A stretch of DNA of 64,000 nt, taken from NCBI GenBank assembly GCA_000002445.1, contig CM000207.1, positions 1,056,001 to 1,120,000 on the forward strand, written 5' to 3'. Source of the stretch: Trypanosoma brucei. Taxonomy: Eukaryota. Shown one piece after another: positions 53,593 through 63,369 of this stretch. The notes beneath the pieces are model-generated. The model saw only the letters and a list, made by a program, of their open reading frames with translations, was not told where the DNA came from and did not search any database. A program made the translations under genes and the position numbers. The stretch's first letter is position 1. Every line of letters begins with the position of its first letter.

Positions 53593-54210
53593 ATGGAGGA
53601 CGTGAGGCCTGTAACTTCACCGTTGACGGAAGACACAGCTTATACGCGGTGCTTGCGCGGAGCGAAGGAGGCCAAGGAAAGGGGAAATACCGCCATATCG
53701 GACAAAAACTTTAAAGAGGCTTCCTTTCAGTACAAGAAGGCACTGCTGTTTCTATCTGAATACATACCGGGAGACGGAGGTTTCTCGGAAGATGCGTTGA
53801 TCGACATGTTGGCACGGCGAAGAGGCGTAGCAACACCTCGGGACCTCAGCCCTGGTCGCAAGAGTGAGTTAATGGATCTCTACGTAACAGTTATGAACAA
53901 CTTGGCGGTTGCTGATATGAGGCTCTGTCGTTTTGACAAAGGCGTTGAACACACAACAAAAGTCCTCAATGTTCCTGGACAGGAGAAAAACAGAAAAGCG
54001 TTGTGGCGGCGTGCCGAATGCCATGTGCAAAGAGGCCATATTGAAGAGGCCGAGAAGGATGTGGATGTGCTTGCCGCTTGTGCGGAGGGAAATGGCCAGC
54101 AGTCGGAGGAAGTTGTCGAACAACTACGTATGAAGATAAAAGAAAAGAAGAAGCAGCTGGTGAGGGAAGAGCGTGCGATTTGTAAGAAAATGTTTGAACA
54201 CGGGTCTTAG
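53593..54210 (+). CDS. TPR-repeat protein of the FKBP/cyclophilin-40 C-terminal TPR clamp type, 205 aa
   Basis: ATG at 53593. 'AKEAKERGNTAISDKNFKEASFQYKKALLFL…LYVTVMNNLAVADMRLCRFDKGVEHTTKVLNVPGQEKNRKALWRRAECHVQRGHIEEAEKDVDVL' matches the three-TPR pattern KEKGNxxFK…Y.KAL…N.AaC.LKL…A……L.ld..N.KALFRRGEA. Confidence 0.55.
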   Translation: MEDVRPVTSPLTEDTAYTRCLRGAKEAKERGNTAISDKNFKEASFQYKKALLFLSEYIPGDGGFSEDALIDMLARRRGVATPRDLSPGRKSELMDLYVTVMNNLAVADMRLCRFDKGVEHTTKVLNVPGQEKNRKALWRRAECHVQRGHIEEAEKDVDVLAACAEGNGQQSEEVVEQLRMKIKEKKKQLVREERAICKKMFEHGS

Positions 54211-54514
54211 TGTAGCGCACAAACTCGTGTCTGCGTGCCCTTTACATTTCAAGAGTTTCTTGTATGCGTTTTTCATTGAATGTGGTCCAGGACACAATCT
54301 TCCACAGCTTTAATTCTAACACCTCATACACTATTGTATGCTATCCCTCGTTTTTACGTTTACTTATCCTTATTTCTCTACTTTCGAACACGAGGGAGGT
54401 GCTTGATGTTCTCTTTTCTTCATTGGTCATTGTTTGGGAGAAGTAAACAGAAGCAAGGCTGTTCGTCTTCGGCGGTACTGTTCACATTTGGTTACATTCA
54501 CGTTTGCTCGGAAC

Positions 54515-55930
54515 ATGCAGCGTAATTTAACGAAATTGAGCGCAGCAGCATTCTATGAGTTCGTTGACAATAATTTCCTCAACAACAAACGACCCCCCGT
54601 TCCCGGCGGGTCATGGACGGTTGAGGTGCTACGTAATAAAAGTCTCGCCGATTTGCAGCACATATGGTTCCTGCTTTTGAAGGAGCGAAACATGTTAAAG
54701 TCCATGAAGGAACACTATTTGCGGCACCAAGAAGAACTGGGTGCAATGCCTGCCCCCTCGAGGCTGAAAATGATCGATGAATCGATGCGCAACATTAAGC
54801 GTGTCGTGAAGGAGCGTGATGAGGAAGCAACGGCCCGAGCAGTGGAGATATTTAAGGAAAGGCTGAAACGTGGCATTTATCGTTATCCACCGGGTCCTCC
54901 TCCTCCCCCTGGGGCGCATGACAAAACAAGTGTGGTGAAGGTGGAACTGAGTTGCTATGTTGAGGAGGAGCGCCTGCGTGAACTTTTCGGTCGTTATGAT
55001 GTTTTTGAACCACATAAAGGTATCGTGCGAGTCGAGCTGAAGCTTCCGGATGAGGTGTTGAAACAGAAGGAGGAAGCGGAGCAACTTTGGACGCAGTACA
55101 TGGCGGAATGTAGTGATGTGAAGGCATACCATCAGTGGTCAACGGCAGCACCCAGCGCGTACGACTATACTGAAGTGGAACTGGCCCCGGGGATATTTGC
55201 CAACGATGCCATTTCAGATAAAGGTGCTAAACACAGTGGTGACACTGAAACTCATGAGGGGGTAATTGTCGCAGCACGCGTGCCCGTTCCACCCCCCAAG
55301 GAAAAACAGCCTCCACCAAAGAACCCACTCGAGCGGCTTAAAGCTGAACGGCGGTCATACCTCGCACGCACTACCATCCAACTTGGTTATTTCCCAAATG
55401 TGACGCTACCCCCGCCGCGGTATGAGACTGTTGAGGCTGTGCCGCGTCCGGTACACCCAGATGAGATCGAGGGACCGTGGGAGGCATACATAACCTACGA
55501 CCGGGAGGATGGCTTATCGTACGCGCAGTCATTGGGCATAACTACTATCGGTGTAGCCACTGTGCTTGGCTTGACGGAGCACGTGCGCGAGCCTCAGCCG
55601 TACGCTGTGGTGGATCCCGTGTACTGCGAGGCGCTACGGCGTGAAAGGGCCCGTGAGGAGACACTCATGAAATGGCCACACGTCCCTGAATGGAAGTATG
55701 AGTATAGCACCTATACTCGGAAACATTTGGCTGATATTGTGCAGTACAACTACACGAATGTTGTTGACTATGTGGACCGTGAGGTTCTTCTCACTGGAAA
55801 GTCGGTCTGGGAATGCCCCATTCACATTGATCATACATGCGGTGGAAGCAAGACAGTGCCACCTCACGCCAAAAAACCGGTTCGGTACATGGATGCGGGC
55901 ATTGCAAACGTGGGCGTTACTGACATTTAG
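54515..55930 (+). CDS. Mitochondrial ribosomal protein uL29m (MRPL47 family), 471 aa
   Basis: The track's start at 54434 is a TTG. The first ATG is at 54515. 'GGSWTVEVLRNKSLADLQHIWFLLLKERNMLKSM…MPAPSRLKMIDESMRNIKRVVKERDE' matches the MRP-L47 signature (G.AWT..ELR.KS..DLHKLWYVLLKERNML…P.P.RL.KV..SM…V..ER). Confidence 0.7.
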   Translation: MQRNLTKLSAAAFYEFVDNNFLNNKRPPVPGGSWTVEVLRNKSLADLQHIWFLLLKERNMLKSMKEHYLRHQEELGAMPAPSRLKMIDESMRNIKRVVKERDEEATARAVEIFKERLKRGIYRYPPGPPPPPGAHDKTSVVKVELSCYVEEERLRELFGRYDVFEPHKGIVRVELKLPDEVLKQKEEAEQLWTQYMAECSDVKAYHQWSTAAPSAYDYTEVELAPGIFANDAISDKGAKHSGDTETHEGVIVAARVPVPPPKEKQPPPKNPLERLKAERRSYLARTTIQLGYFPNVTLPPPRYETVEAVPRPVHPDEIEGPWEAYITYDREDGLSYAQSLGITTIGVATVLGLTEHVREPQPYAVVDPVYCEALRRERAREETLMKWPHVPEWKYEYSTYTRKHLADIVQYNYTNVVDYVDREVLLTGKSVWECPIHIDHTCGGSKTVPPHAKKPVRYMDAGIANVGVTDI

Positions 55931-56104
55931 AGGCGTTTGCTTACAGGCGGGGTGCGGGCAGAAACTTCTATTTGTGTTGGTGCTATTAGGAATTTCAATG
56001 GCTAGGGCGAAAGCTGTGTTTATCGAGTGCAATTTTTTTTGGGGGGGGAGGGGCGGCATCGCGCGCAGCCGGTTTACAGTGCACGATTGACTGGGTGTAA
56101 ACAG

Positions 56105-56200
56105 CACTAAAGCTTATTTCTCTCTCTCATGGACTGTGAGCTTCTCTGTATCTCTTTCTTTATTTTTTTCTCCGTTTGTTGAAGGGAGCTGGACGTGTTC
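56105..56200 (+). promoter_or_regulatory. CT-rich polypyrimidine region upstream of the AMPD-like gene
   Basis: 'cttatttctctctctcatgg…cttctctgtatctctttctttatttttttctccgtttg' lies 140-230 nt before the ATG at 56335. Confidence 0.3.
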
Positions 56201-56206
56201 CTCTTC

Positions 56207-56226
56207 TGTGTGTGTGTGTGTGTGTT
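56207..56226. repeat. (TG)10 microsatellite in the pyrimidine-rich leader upstream of the AMPD-like gene
   Basis: Direct reading 'tgtgtgtgtgtgtgtgtgtg'. Confidence 0.85.
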
Positions 56227-56334
56227 TCATTTGATCGACTTTGTGTCTTCCTTTTATTAATATTTTACGGCAGTTTACACCCGTCTGAGCAGAAAGGGGC
56301 TGTTTATAGGAGGTAAAAACCATTTTGGAGGAAC

Positions 56335-59300
56335 ATGGAGCAGCAGGTCTCTAACCGGGGAAGTAACTCTGACCCCCCAGCGTCTTCTCAGTGCGAGGAA
56401 GAGACCAAACAACATGAAGTCTCGGAAACGACTTTTTGCGGAAGTGAGTTTGCAGAAGGCAGTGGTGGAACTTTGTTACAGACGGTGGCACCCGATGCCC
56501 CCAGTGTGAGGAGTTGTGGCAGCCATCAAGTCCCGAGCTCAAGTAAAGGTGCTCCCTTCGCCTCACGGGCGCAGGCGCTGATGTCAGGCGCTGCCAGCGT
56601 CGTGGCGCCACTTTCAGTTCACTCTGGTAGTCAACACACATCCCGAAAGGGAAACACCCACAACTTAGCGCGACTCGCGGTGAAGCACAATTTATATGCC
56701 GTACAACTGGATGGTGACTCCGGCGGCATTGAAATGCAAGCCGCTAGCCAATATCTCCTCCGGGCGGTAACCACACGAGAGAAGTACAAATCAGTGGATA
56801 AGGGACAGAAGGAGGGAACAGGGCGCTTGGTGCCTCCGGTTGTTTTCTCCTTTGAAACTGGTGTCGCCCAGTTCACGGACCAAAAGACCGAAGTTTTACC
56901 ATGGGAGCAGTTCTACGACGACGTGATAGAGTTGTGTGCCACGATGCAGCATCCAGATTGCCGCCGGGCGTGTTCGCAGCGTCTACAAGTGCTGGAAGAG
57001 AAGTATAACCTGTACAAATTGTGCAGCAGCAACGTTGAGAACCCTGACCACCACCGCCACGATGTTGGTGTATTTTCCGATTGTACAAAAGTTGATAATA
57101 GCGTGTATCTGAGTTGCATGGTGAATTCGGAGTTGCTGCGTGAATACATCCAGGACAAGGTGGAGTATTGTGGATCGGATGAGGTGCGGTATTCGGCGGA
57201 TAAAACTGAGGTGCACACACTGAGTACAACATGCGATCAGCTCGGATTTACGGAGGTTGAGCAGCTAACTATCGAGGGTCTGGGGTTGTCACCACCAAAT
57301 GAAAAGCAACGTTACCATTACGATCCGCTTGATCTTGAACTGAACCGCACTGGACGCAACTGCGCGGAGCTATTGCAACTCTTCCTCACACACAATACTT
57401 TGAATAAGGGGAAATACTTTGCAGAAATTGTGAAACCCACACTGTCCGAGAATGAGCAACGAATGCGAAACCCACAGGCAACTGAATGTATAGTTGAACT
57501 ATGTGGTACTTCTGCCGAAGATTGGGAGCAGCTGGCCGCGTGGGCACAGGAGCATAATCTGCTACGAATGTGGCATAACCGCTGGTTCGTTGCCTTACCC
57601 CGGAGACGGATACGAAGCGATTCAACAAAGGATGCACTTGAGAACCACCAGCAACACTTGGAAAATATTTTCCTACCACTGTTTACAGCAACACTCGCTC
57701 CCGAAGACCCGAAGAACGCTTCTATTGTGGCGCTGCTCCAGAACCTTGGTGGGTTTGTGATTGTGTCCGATGAAGAGGAGCGCAACTCCACTTTCGAGCG
57801 CAAGCTGAGGCGACCCGTTGAGGTGCCATGGAGTGAGAATGTTTGCGATCTCTACTTCGCTTACCATGTATGGGCAAATCTTTGTTCCCTCAACGCTTTG
57901 CGCCGTCGCAAGGGCCTCAATACTTTGCAGCTACGTGCCTTCGCCGGGAATCGTGACGGTCAAATAGATGTATTGGTTTATTCTTACCTACTGTGCGACA
58001 GCCTTGTTAACGGTGTTCTCCTAGAGCATAATCCTGTGCTGCAGTATCTTTATGGTGCCGGAAAGATCGGACTGGTCATGATGCCACTGTGTAACAATGG
58101 GATGGGGCTCCCGTATATGCAGAACCCCTTTCCTGTTTTCTTTCGCCGCGGGTTGCTCGTGACACTGACGACCAACCAACCTTTGTTGTTTCACCATTCT
58201 AAAGAACCTCTCATCGAGGAATACGGCACTGCGAGCAAACTGTTTCAGCTATCTGGCACTGATGCATGTGAGATAGCGTTAAACTCCGTGATTGTGTCGT
58301 CATTTCCCGCCGATGTTAAGGCACTGTGGTTGGGGGATTCATTCCTTCAGGAAGGCATTCAGGGGAACATGCTAGAGTTTAGCAAAGTTCCGACGTGCCG
58401 TCTTGTGTTGCGACAGGAACTGTGGCAAACGGAATTGAACATTATTCATCAGGCCGCGGTGCGAAATACGAGGGGAAAGCGAGGGGCGTTTCCTCTCCCG
58501 ACACTGCTGTCCACCCCTCCCCCTCTCATGGCTTCTGGGAGCCATGCTGGGGATTCGACCGAAGTTGAGCCAAGCGGCGTAACTTTACAACAAGCCGTTA
58601 CAATGATGCAGTCAAGTCAAATGCCGTTCCTCGCTCGCGATCCACATACGGACTTTCCTCGCGTTGTCTTCTTAGGCCCCCTCGAACGTGATCCTTCTGA
58701 TACGCTGGTTGTGACTCTGTTGCATCGTGCGTTACAGCTGCGCTCGCAGTATGTTCGGCAGCACAACATACGTGATGTAGATGGGAGAGTGCTGCGGTCG
58801 GACGATATTGAACATGCATTCCGCCGTGATGATACATTTGATGAGGACGAGTGGATGTTCAAAACCGTCGAAGGTGTTGTTGTGCCACACGAGGTTCATC
58901 AGATTCCCCGTCTCCCAAAAGATATGTTTCACTTTGACGACTTTCGTCAACATGTGCAGGAACTGCGCGCCATGCTAGAGAATGCGCACGTACGCAACTT
59001 CGCGACGCGGCGATTGAATTTGCTTGAGCGCAAGTTTATGTTACACCTTGCGGTTAACCGCAGTCTTGAAGCGGGGACAACGGCCAGCAAGGCTTCTCAG
59101 AATCGTGACTTCTATCAAGCAACAAAAGTGGACAATAATGTTCGTATGGAGTCCGGTATGACTGCTCGGCAGCTGCTGAACTTCATCGTTTCCAAGGCTA
59201 ATAATAATGGTGATGACATTGTGGCCCACCAAGAGGGAAAAGAACCGCAAACGTTGCGGCAACTGCTACAGGAGTTAAATATTTCTCCGAGCACACTAAC

Positions 59301-61407
59301 TGTAGATGACCTCAATGTGCAAGTCGACACAACACTTGGTGTTGGGAGCGCACAATATACACCTGGCGGCCGTGATGTCTTGTGTACACTACTGCTGAAC
59401 ACAGACAACCAAATGAAGGGACGCTACTTCGCTGAGTTGACAAAGCTAACCTTTGAGAACTTCGAGCATGACCGTTTCACCTTCACCGAAAACAGGCTAC
59501 CGATTTATGGCGCGAGCCCCAATGAATGGGGGTTGCTCTCTGATTGGTTCGACACACATGGTATGGCATCAGTACACAACCGATGGATGGTGCAGATCCC
59601 GCGCATTTACGGTTATCTGCGCGAGTGTGGAAAGGTCCAAAGTTTTACTGAGTACATCGAAAACATATTCAAACCACTATGGACTGTTTCACTCCATCCA
59701 AGCAAAGATCCCCGCTTGTTCCACTTCCTTAACCACATCTCTGGCTTCGATTGCGTTGAAGACGAACGAAGACACGACATACCGCTCAACAATGCAACGA
59801 AACCGCCTCATGAGTGGACGACCGAGGAAGAGCCTCCATACAACTACTACATGTATCATGTGTGGGCAAATATTTACTCACTGAACGAGTTTCGTCGACG
59901 CCGGAAGTTCTCGACGTTTACATTTCGACCAAGCTGTGGAGAAACAGGCCCTGTGGAACACCTCATCGGTGGGTTTTTACTTGCCAACGCTATTAATTAT
60001 GGCGTTACTCTCGCTGATGATACCCCACTGCAGTATCTTTTTTACCTCGCCCGCATTGGGGTAACGGTAAGCCCGCTGAGCAACAACACGAAGGTGCTCG
60101 GGTACCTGGACAACCCGTTTCCGACGTTCTTTCGTCGCGGTCTTAATGTTTCCCTCGGCACGGACAGCCCACTTATGTTTCATCACACCCAGGAGCCACT
60201 ACTAGAGGAGTACTCCATTGCCTCAAAGGTGTGGAAGCTTTCGCCCAATGATATGTGTGAGATTGCCCGCAACAGTGTGCTTCTTTCAGGTTTTGATGCT
60301 GCCTTTAAACGTGAGCGACTAGGGGATCTGTTTTTTCTTTCAAGTAGCAGAAGCAACGACGCGTCACACACACACCTATCCGACATCCGTGTCGCGTACC
60401 GTTTCGAGACCTACCACGCAGAGATTGCTTTTCTGGAGATGATCTCCACCCTTAATTTCCCAAAGGCACTTCTTACTCTGAGTGAAGAGAGGGCACTGGA
60501 AGCTGATTTTCTTGAGGCGGTAAAGAAAAAGGAAAAGCAGCTTGGGTGTATCATAGAAGTTAAGACTGAGGAGGAGGACATTAAAAGGTTAGAGCAAAGT
60601 CGTGCCGCTCTACTGCGACAGGTTCGAGAGGCTGAAGATACTGTTGAGGAGTTACGCCGGCAGAACAAACAGCTAACGGAGAAGCTTGCTGAAGAGCGGG
60701 CGAGGGACCAACACGCACAGCAGATGCGTCGCAAGGGACTTAAGGAGCGTGTTGTGGGTATTTCAGATCCGGAGGGGAGACGGCAGACATCGTCGTCAAA
60801 CGCCGATATGTCGAGTGATCACCAGCCCTCCCTCGAAATTTCTGTTTTGGAACAAGTGGCGAAGGAAGAAACCAACGGTGAAGATGCCACAGCTGCTGGA
60901 CAAAGTCAGCATCTAGGGGGTGCGAAAGTGGGGCTGACCGCTTTGTCGCCCACTGCTTTGGAGGACACCTCACCGAGGAGTGCTGGCTTCATCTCTAGTG
61001 GGAATGTAGCTGATTTAGACGACAATTTGGATACTGCTGCCACAACGAGTGCACTAGTTGGTATGCTAGAGAGTATGTGGAAAGAAAAACCTGCTGGGGC
61101 CTCTCACTCCGGCGGGCATACCGTTACGGGCGGAGATGCGAGCAGTACCTTCCCACCAATTAATGTTGATGCGGTTACGCTCAGTGAAAGAAAACCGTCA
61201 GGGGCCAGTGGCAGCACCACTAAGCGGGGACCACCACCACCGAGGCGGACCTCCGCGAATTCTGCCTTTGTATTCCCTAAACCTTCCGGGGAAGGGGGTT
61301 CGCATCGCGCGTCACTTCAGGGGTTTGCTAATGTTCAGCAAGCCGCCCGTGAACAGGAAGCAAAAGAGACGGGGAGTTCGCACCGAAGCAGTGAAAGAGG
61401 AGTTTAG
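56335..61407 (+). CDS. AMP-deaminase-like protein, 1690 aa. It has two tandem AMPD catalytic-domain modules, both with substituted zinc-binding/catalytic residues, and a C-terminal coiled-coil plus Ser/Gly-rich tail.
   Basis: ATG at 56335. Module 2 (nt ~59300-60450) aligns almost end to end with metazoan AMPD catalytic domains. Shared motifs include NxxxKGRYFAE, WMVQIPRIY, ENIFKPL, YHVWANIYSLNEFRRRRKF, FRPSCGETG (canonical FRPHCGEAG), LQYLFYLARIGV, SPLSNN, NPFPTFFRRGLNVSLGTDSPLMFHHTQEPLLEEYSIASKVWKLSPNDMCEIARNSV (canonical SLSTDDP…) and IRVAYRFET. Module 1 (nt ~57300-58400) has the same motif order but is more diverged: LRAFAGN, TLTTNQP. Confidence 0.8.
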   Translation: MEQQVSNRGSNSDPPASSQCEEETKQHEVSETTFCGSEFAEGSGGTLLQTVAPDAPSVRSCGSHQVPSSSKGAPFASRAQALMSGAASVVAPLSVHSGSQHTSRKGNTHNLARLAVKHNLYAVQLDGDSGGIEMQAASQYLLRAVTTREKYKSVDKGQKEGTGRLVPPVVFSFETGVAQFTDQKTEVLPWEQFYDDVIELCATMQHPDCRRACSQRLQVLEEKYNLYKLCSSNVENPDHHRHDVGVFSDCTKVDNSVYLSCMVNSELLREYIQDKVEYCGSDEVRYSADKTEVHTLSTTCDQLGFTEVEQLTIEGLGLSPPNEKQRYHYDPLDLELNRTGRNCAELLQLFLTHNTLNKGKYFAEIVKPTLSENEQRMRNPQATECIVELCGTSAEDWEQLAAWAQEHNLLRMWHNRWFVALPRRRIRSDSTKDALENHQQHLENIFLPLFTATLAPEDPKNASIVALLQNLGGFVIVSDEEERNSTFERKLRRPVEVPWSENVCDLYFAYHVWANLCSLNALRRRKGLNTLQLRAFAGNRDGQIDVLVYSYLLCDSLVNGVLLEHNPVLQYLYGAGKIGLVMMPLCNNGMGLPYMQNPFPVFFRRGLLVTLTTNQPLLFHHSKEPLIEEYGTASKLFQLSGTDACEIALNSVIVSSFPADVKALWLGDSFLQEGIQGNMLEFSKVPTCRLVLRQELWQTELNIIHQAAVRNTRGKRGAFPLPTLLSTPPPLMASGSHAGDSTEVEPSGVTLQQAVTMMQSSQMPFLARDPHTDFPRVVFLGPLERDPSDTLVVTLLHRALQLRSQYVRQHNIRDVDGRVLRSDDIEHAFRRDDTFDEDEWMFKTVEGVVVPHEVHQIPRLPKDMFHFDDFRQHVQELRAMLENAHVRNFATRRLNLLERKFMLHLAVNRSLEAGTTASKASQNRDFYQATKVDNNVRMESGMTARQLLNFIVSKANNNGDDIVAHQEGKEPQTLRQLLQELNISPSTLTVDDLNVQVDTTLGVGSAQYTPGGRDVLCTLLLNTDNQMKGRYFAELTKLTFENFEHDRFTFTENRLPIYGASPNEWGLLSDWFDTHGMASVHNRWMVQIPRIYGYLRECGKVQSFTEYIENIFKPLWTVSLHPSKDPRLFHFLNHISGFDCVEDERRHDIPLNNATKPPHEWTTEEEPPYNYYMYHVWANIYSLNEFRRRRKFSTFTFRPSCGETGPVEHLIGGFLLANAINYGVTLADDTPLQYLFYLARIGVTVSPLSNNTKVLGYLDNPFPTFFRRGLNVSLGTDSPLMFHHTQEPLLEEYSIASKVWKLSPNDMCEIARNSVLLSGFDAAFKRERLGDLFFLSSSRSNDASHTHLSDIRVAYRFETYHAEIAFLEMISTLNFPKALLTLSEERALEADFLEAVKKKEKQLGCIIEVKTEEEDIKRLEQSRAALLRQVREAEDTVEELRRQNKQLTEKLAEERARDQHAQQMRRKGLKERVVGISDPEGRRQTSSSNADMSSDHQPSLEISVLEQVAKEETNGEDATAAGQSQHLGGAKVGLTALSPTALEDTSPRSAGFISSGNVADLDDNLDTAATTSALVGMLESMWKEKPAGASHSGGHTVTGGDASSTFPPINVDAVTLSERKPSGASGSTTKRGPPPPRRTSANSAFVFPKPSGEGGSHRASLQGFANVQQAAREQEAKETGSSHRSSERGV

Positions 61408-62031
61408 CTCAGTAGTAGGGCGTTGGCTGCGTTGGACCCCTACTTTGCTTCACCTATTTTATCCTGTTTGTCTCATGCTGTTCCTATCACGTCCAGGAGC
61501 TTTTACTATTTCAATGTGGCAAAGGGGCGCTTCTGTGGTCGTATTGCCGGCATATGAATGGCGCAGACAGAGAGTCTGCTGTGTAGGTGTGTGAAGAGCA
61601 TTTATTTATGTACAAAGTTTGCAAGGGGGAGGGCGTTTGTGTGAACACTTTTGTTTTGTTTTACACTTTACTCCCTTGCGGTAGAAGCACGGGTCCACGC
61701 CCCCCTGCGTGGTGGTTATGTCAAGATGGTGTACGCACATGAGGCTTAAGTTTTAGTGCATTCTCCTTATGTGGCTCGATGGTTGGCCTGCTTCCATTAC
61801 CGATTTGTTTCAATTTTACTTTCAGCTCTGACAGGAATTAATCTCCCTTTGTAAGTGCTCCAGGAGAGACAACACCGGTACGTGTACCTTAAAATAGGCA
61901 GGCGTATCCCATAGTGCCCTCGTGTCTGAGGCACATTAGCAGTAGTACACTTTGTGAGGATACGACACGGGAGGGGAACAAAGAAAGTACAGAAAGTAGT
62001 TTTAGTAAGTTTAGATACTGGGATCGGGAAG

Positions 62032-63369
62032 ATGCGACGCTCTGCCACCTTCCTGGGGTTGACTGCTCTGCGGAGCGTTGCTGCCACTGGTTGGCGCTAC
62101 CACAAACAAGGGGCACCTGAGCGGGTTTTGCAGTACGAGCGCTACCGAATCCCTTTTGATAGGAGCGGTTCTCAAGCAGTGGTAAAGATGTTGGCGGCCC
62201 CCGTCCACCGACACGACCGGGCCATGATCGGCGGGTACTGTGGGCCGCTTCGACCCACCGCATTTCCGCAGGTTGCGGGTGTTGAGGGTGTTGGAGTTGT
62301 TGAAGAAGTTGGTAAAGGGGCCTCACTGCTGCTTCAGGAAGGCGACCTTGTATGGGTTAATAATCCAACAGTGGGCACATGGGCCACACATGTTGTGACG
62401 GATGTTGAAAATTTGGACGTCGTGCCAAATCGCGCAGATGTTGATATTGAATACCTTGCTTCGCTCTCGCTTTTCCATACGGCGTACCATTTAACGAATA
62501 GTTTCGTGAGTCTGCAACCAAACGACGTAGTACTTCAGACAGGCGCCTCGTCCTCTATCGCTCAAATTTGTCAGGGTTACATCCGTGCCCGTGGTGCAAA
62601 ATTGTTCCAGACAATGCAATTGGGACGCACGGAGCATGCACATCTTTTAGCTTTCTTCAAAATGAGGGGAGCATTTGCCGTCGTGCCGTACAATTACGTG
62701 CGAACTAACTACATGCGTCGGCTTCTTTCTGACGTGCCGCCGCCAAAGCTTTTACTCAACCACACCTGTGGTAACTTCGCTTCCAGTTTAGTTAATCTTC
62801 TCGGTGACAATGGTGTTTGTGTTACATATGGCAATACAGGCGGAAAGCCGCTTCAGATCGCCAATATGGACGTCATTGCACGTGGTATTAAGTTCAAAGG
62901 ATTCTTCCTACCACACTGGATAAAGAGCCACACACGTGAGGCTCGGATGCGCGTTCACCAGAATGTTGTGGAGAGCATGACGATTTCGCAGGGCCACGGT
63001 ATATTTCGGGCGCAGCGCTTCAAAATGGATGGCGACAGCATATTCGCCTTCAGCAACGCATGGGATGCTCCCCTCGGCAGCCGCAAACCCGTTCTGCGCA
63101 TGGTGGGCGAATACGGTGAGTGGCGCCGACCCCGCTCAGACCAAGCCGCATGGAACATTGGTCGTGCGGTATGGGACGATTTACTGCAGCAAATGTGGGA
63201 GAGCGCCGGAACAACTGAAAATCCTCAGTCAATGAAGTACTACACTCCCTTCAACGACATTTATTCGCAATTTCATGACGGGAAGCAATCAAAGGAGATG
63301 GGCCATCGTGAAGTTTTCTTCCGTCGGCCAAACGCCCCACGTCACAATGCGGCAGAGAGCACACATTGA
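62032..63369 (+). CDS. Mitochondrial trans-2-enoyl-CoA/ACP reductase (MECR/ETR1-like, MDR superfamily), 445 aa
   Basis: The track's start at 61954 is a GTG. The first ATG is at 62032, giving 'MRRSATFLGLTALRSVAATGWRY', which is mito-presequence-like. 'VVKMLAAPVHRHDRAMIGGYCG…AGVEGVGVVEEVGKG…GDLVW…GTWATH' parallels MECR '[23 protein letters not shown]…GGNEGVAQVVAVGS…GDWVI…GTWRTE'. The Rossmann 'TGASSSIAQ' region and a C-terminal extension follow. Confidence 0.65.
   Translation: MRRSATFLGLTALRSVAATGWRYHKQGAPERVLQYERYRIPFDRSGSQAVVKMLAAPVHRHDRAMIGGYCGPLRPTAFPQVAGVEGVGVVEEVGKGASLLLQEGDLVWVNNPTVGTWATHVVTDVENLDVVPNRADVDIEYLASLSLFHTAYHLTNSFVSLQPNDVVLQTGASSSIAQICQGYIRARGAKLFQTMQLGRTEHAHLLAFFKMRGAFAVVPYNYVRTNYMRRLLSDVPPPKLLLNHTCGNFASSLVNLLGDNGVCVTYGNTGGKPLQIANMDVIARGIKFKGFFLPHWIKSHTREARMRVHQNVVESMTISQGHGIFRAQRFKMDGDSIFAFSNAWDAPLGSRKPVLRMVGEYGEWRRPRSDQAAWNIGRAVWDDLLQQMWESAGTTENPQSMKYYTPFNDIYSQFHDGKQSKEMGHREVFFRRPNAPRHNAAESTH

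Noticed and set aside
203-62031. ORF-track start coordinates for several genes: 203, 18966, 19750, 23909, 39716, 42562, 47275, 54434 and 61954
   Set aside because: Direct reading shows these begin at GTG or TTG codons, so the track allows alternative starts. For a eukaryotic nuclear genome I moved each start to the first in-frame ATG. True starts still need SL-acceptor mapping.
62560-62600. A possibly degenerate NAD(P)H-binding GxGxxG in the MECR-like protein ('TGASSSIAQ' versus 'NASNSGVGQ')
   Set aside because: By-eye alignment of Rossmann-motif glycines is unreliable. The catalytic Tyr context ('MIGGYCG') is retained. There is not enough evidence to call it a pseudoenzyme.
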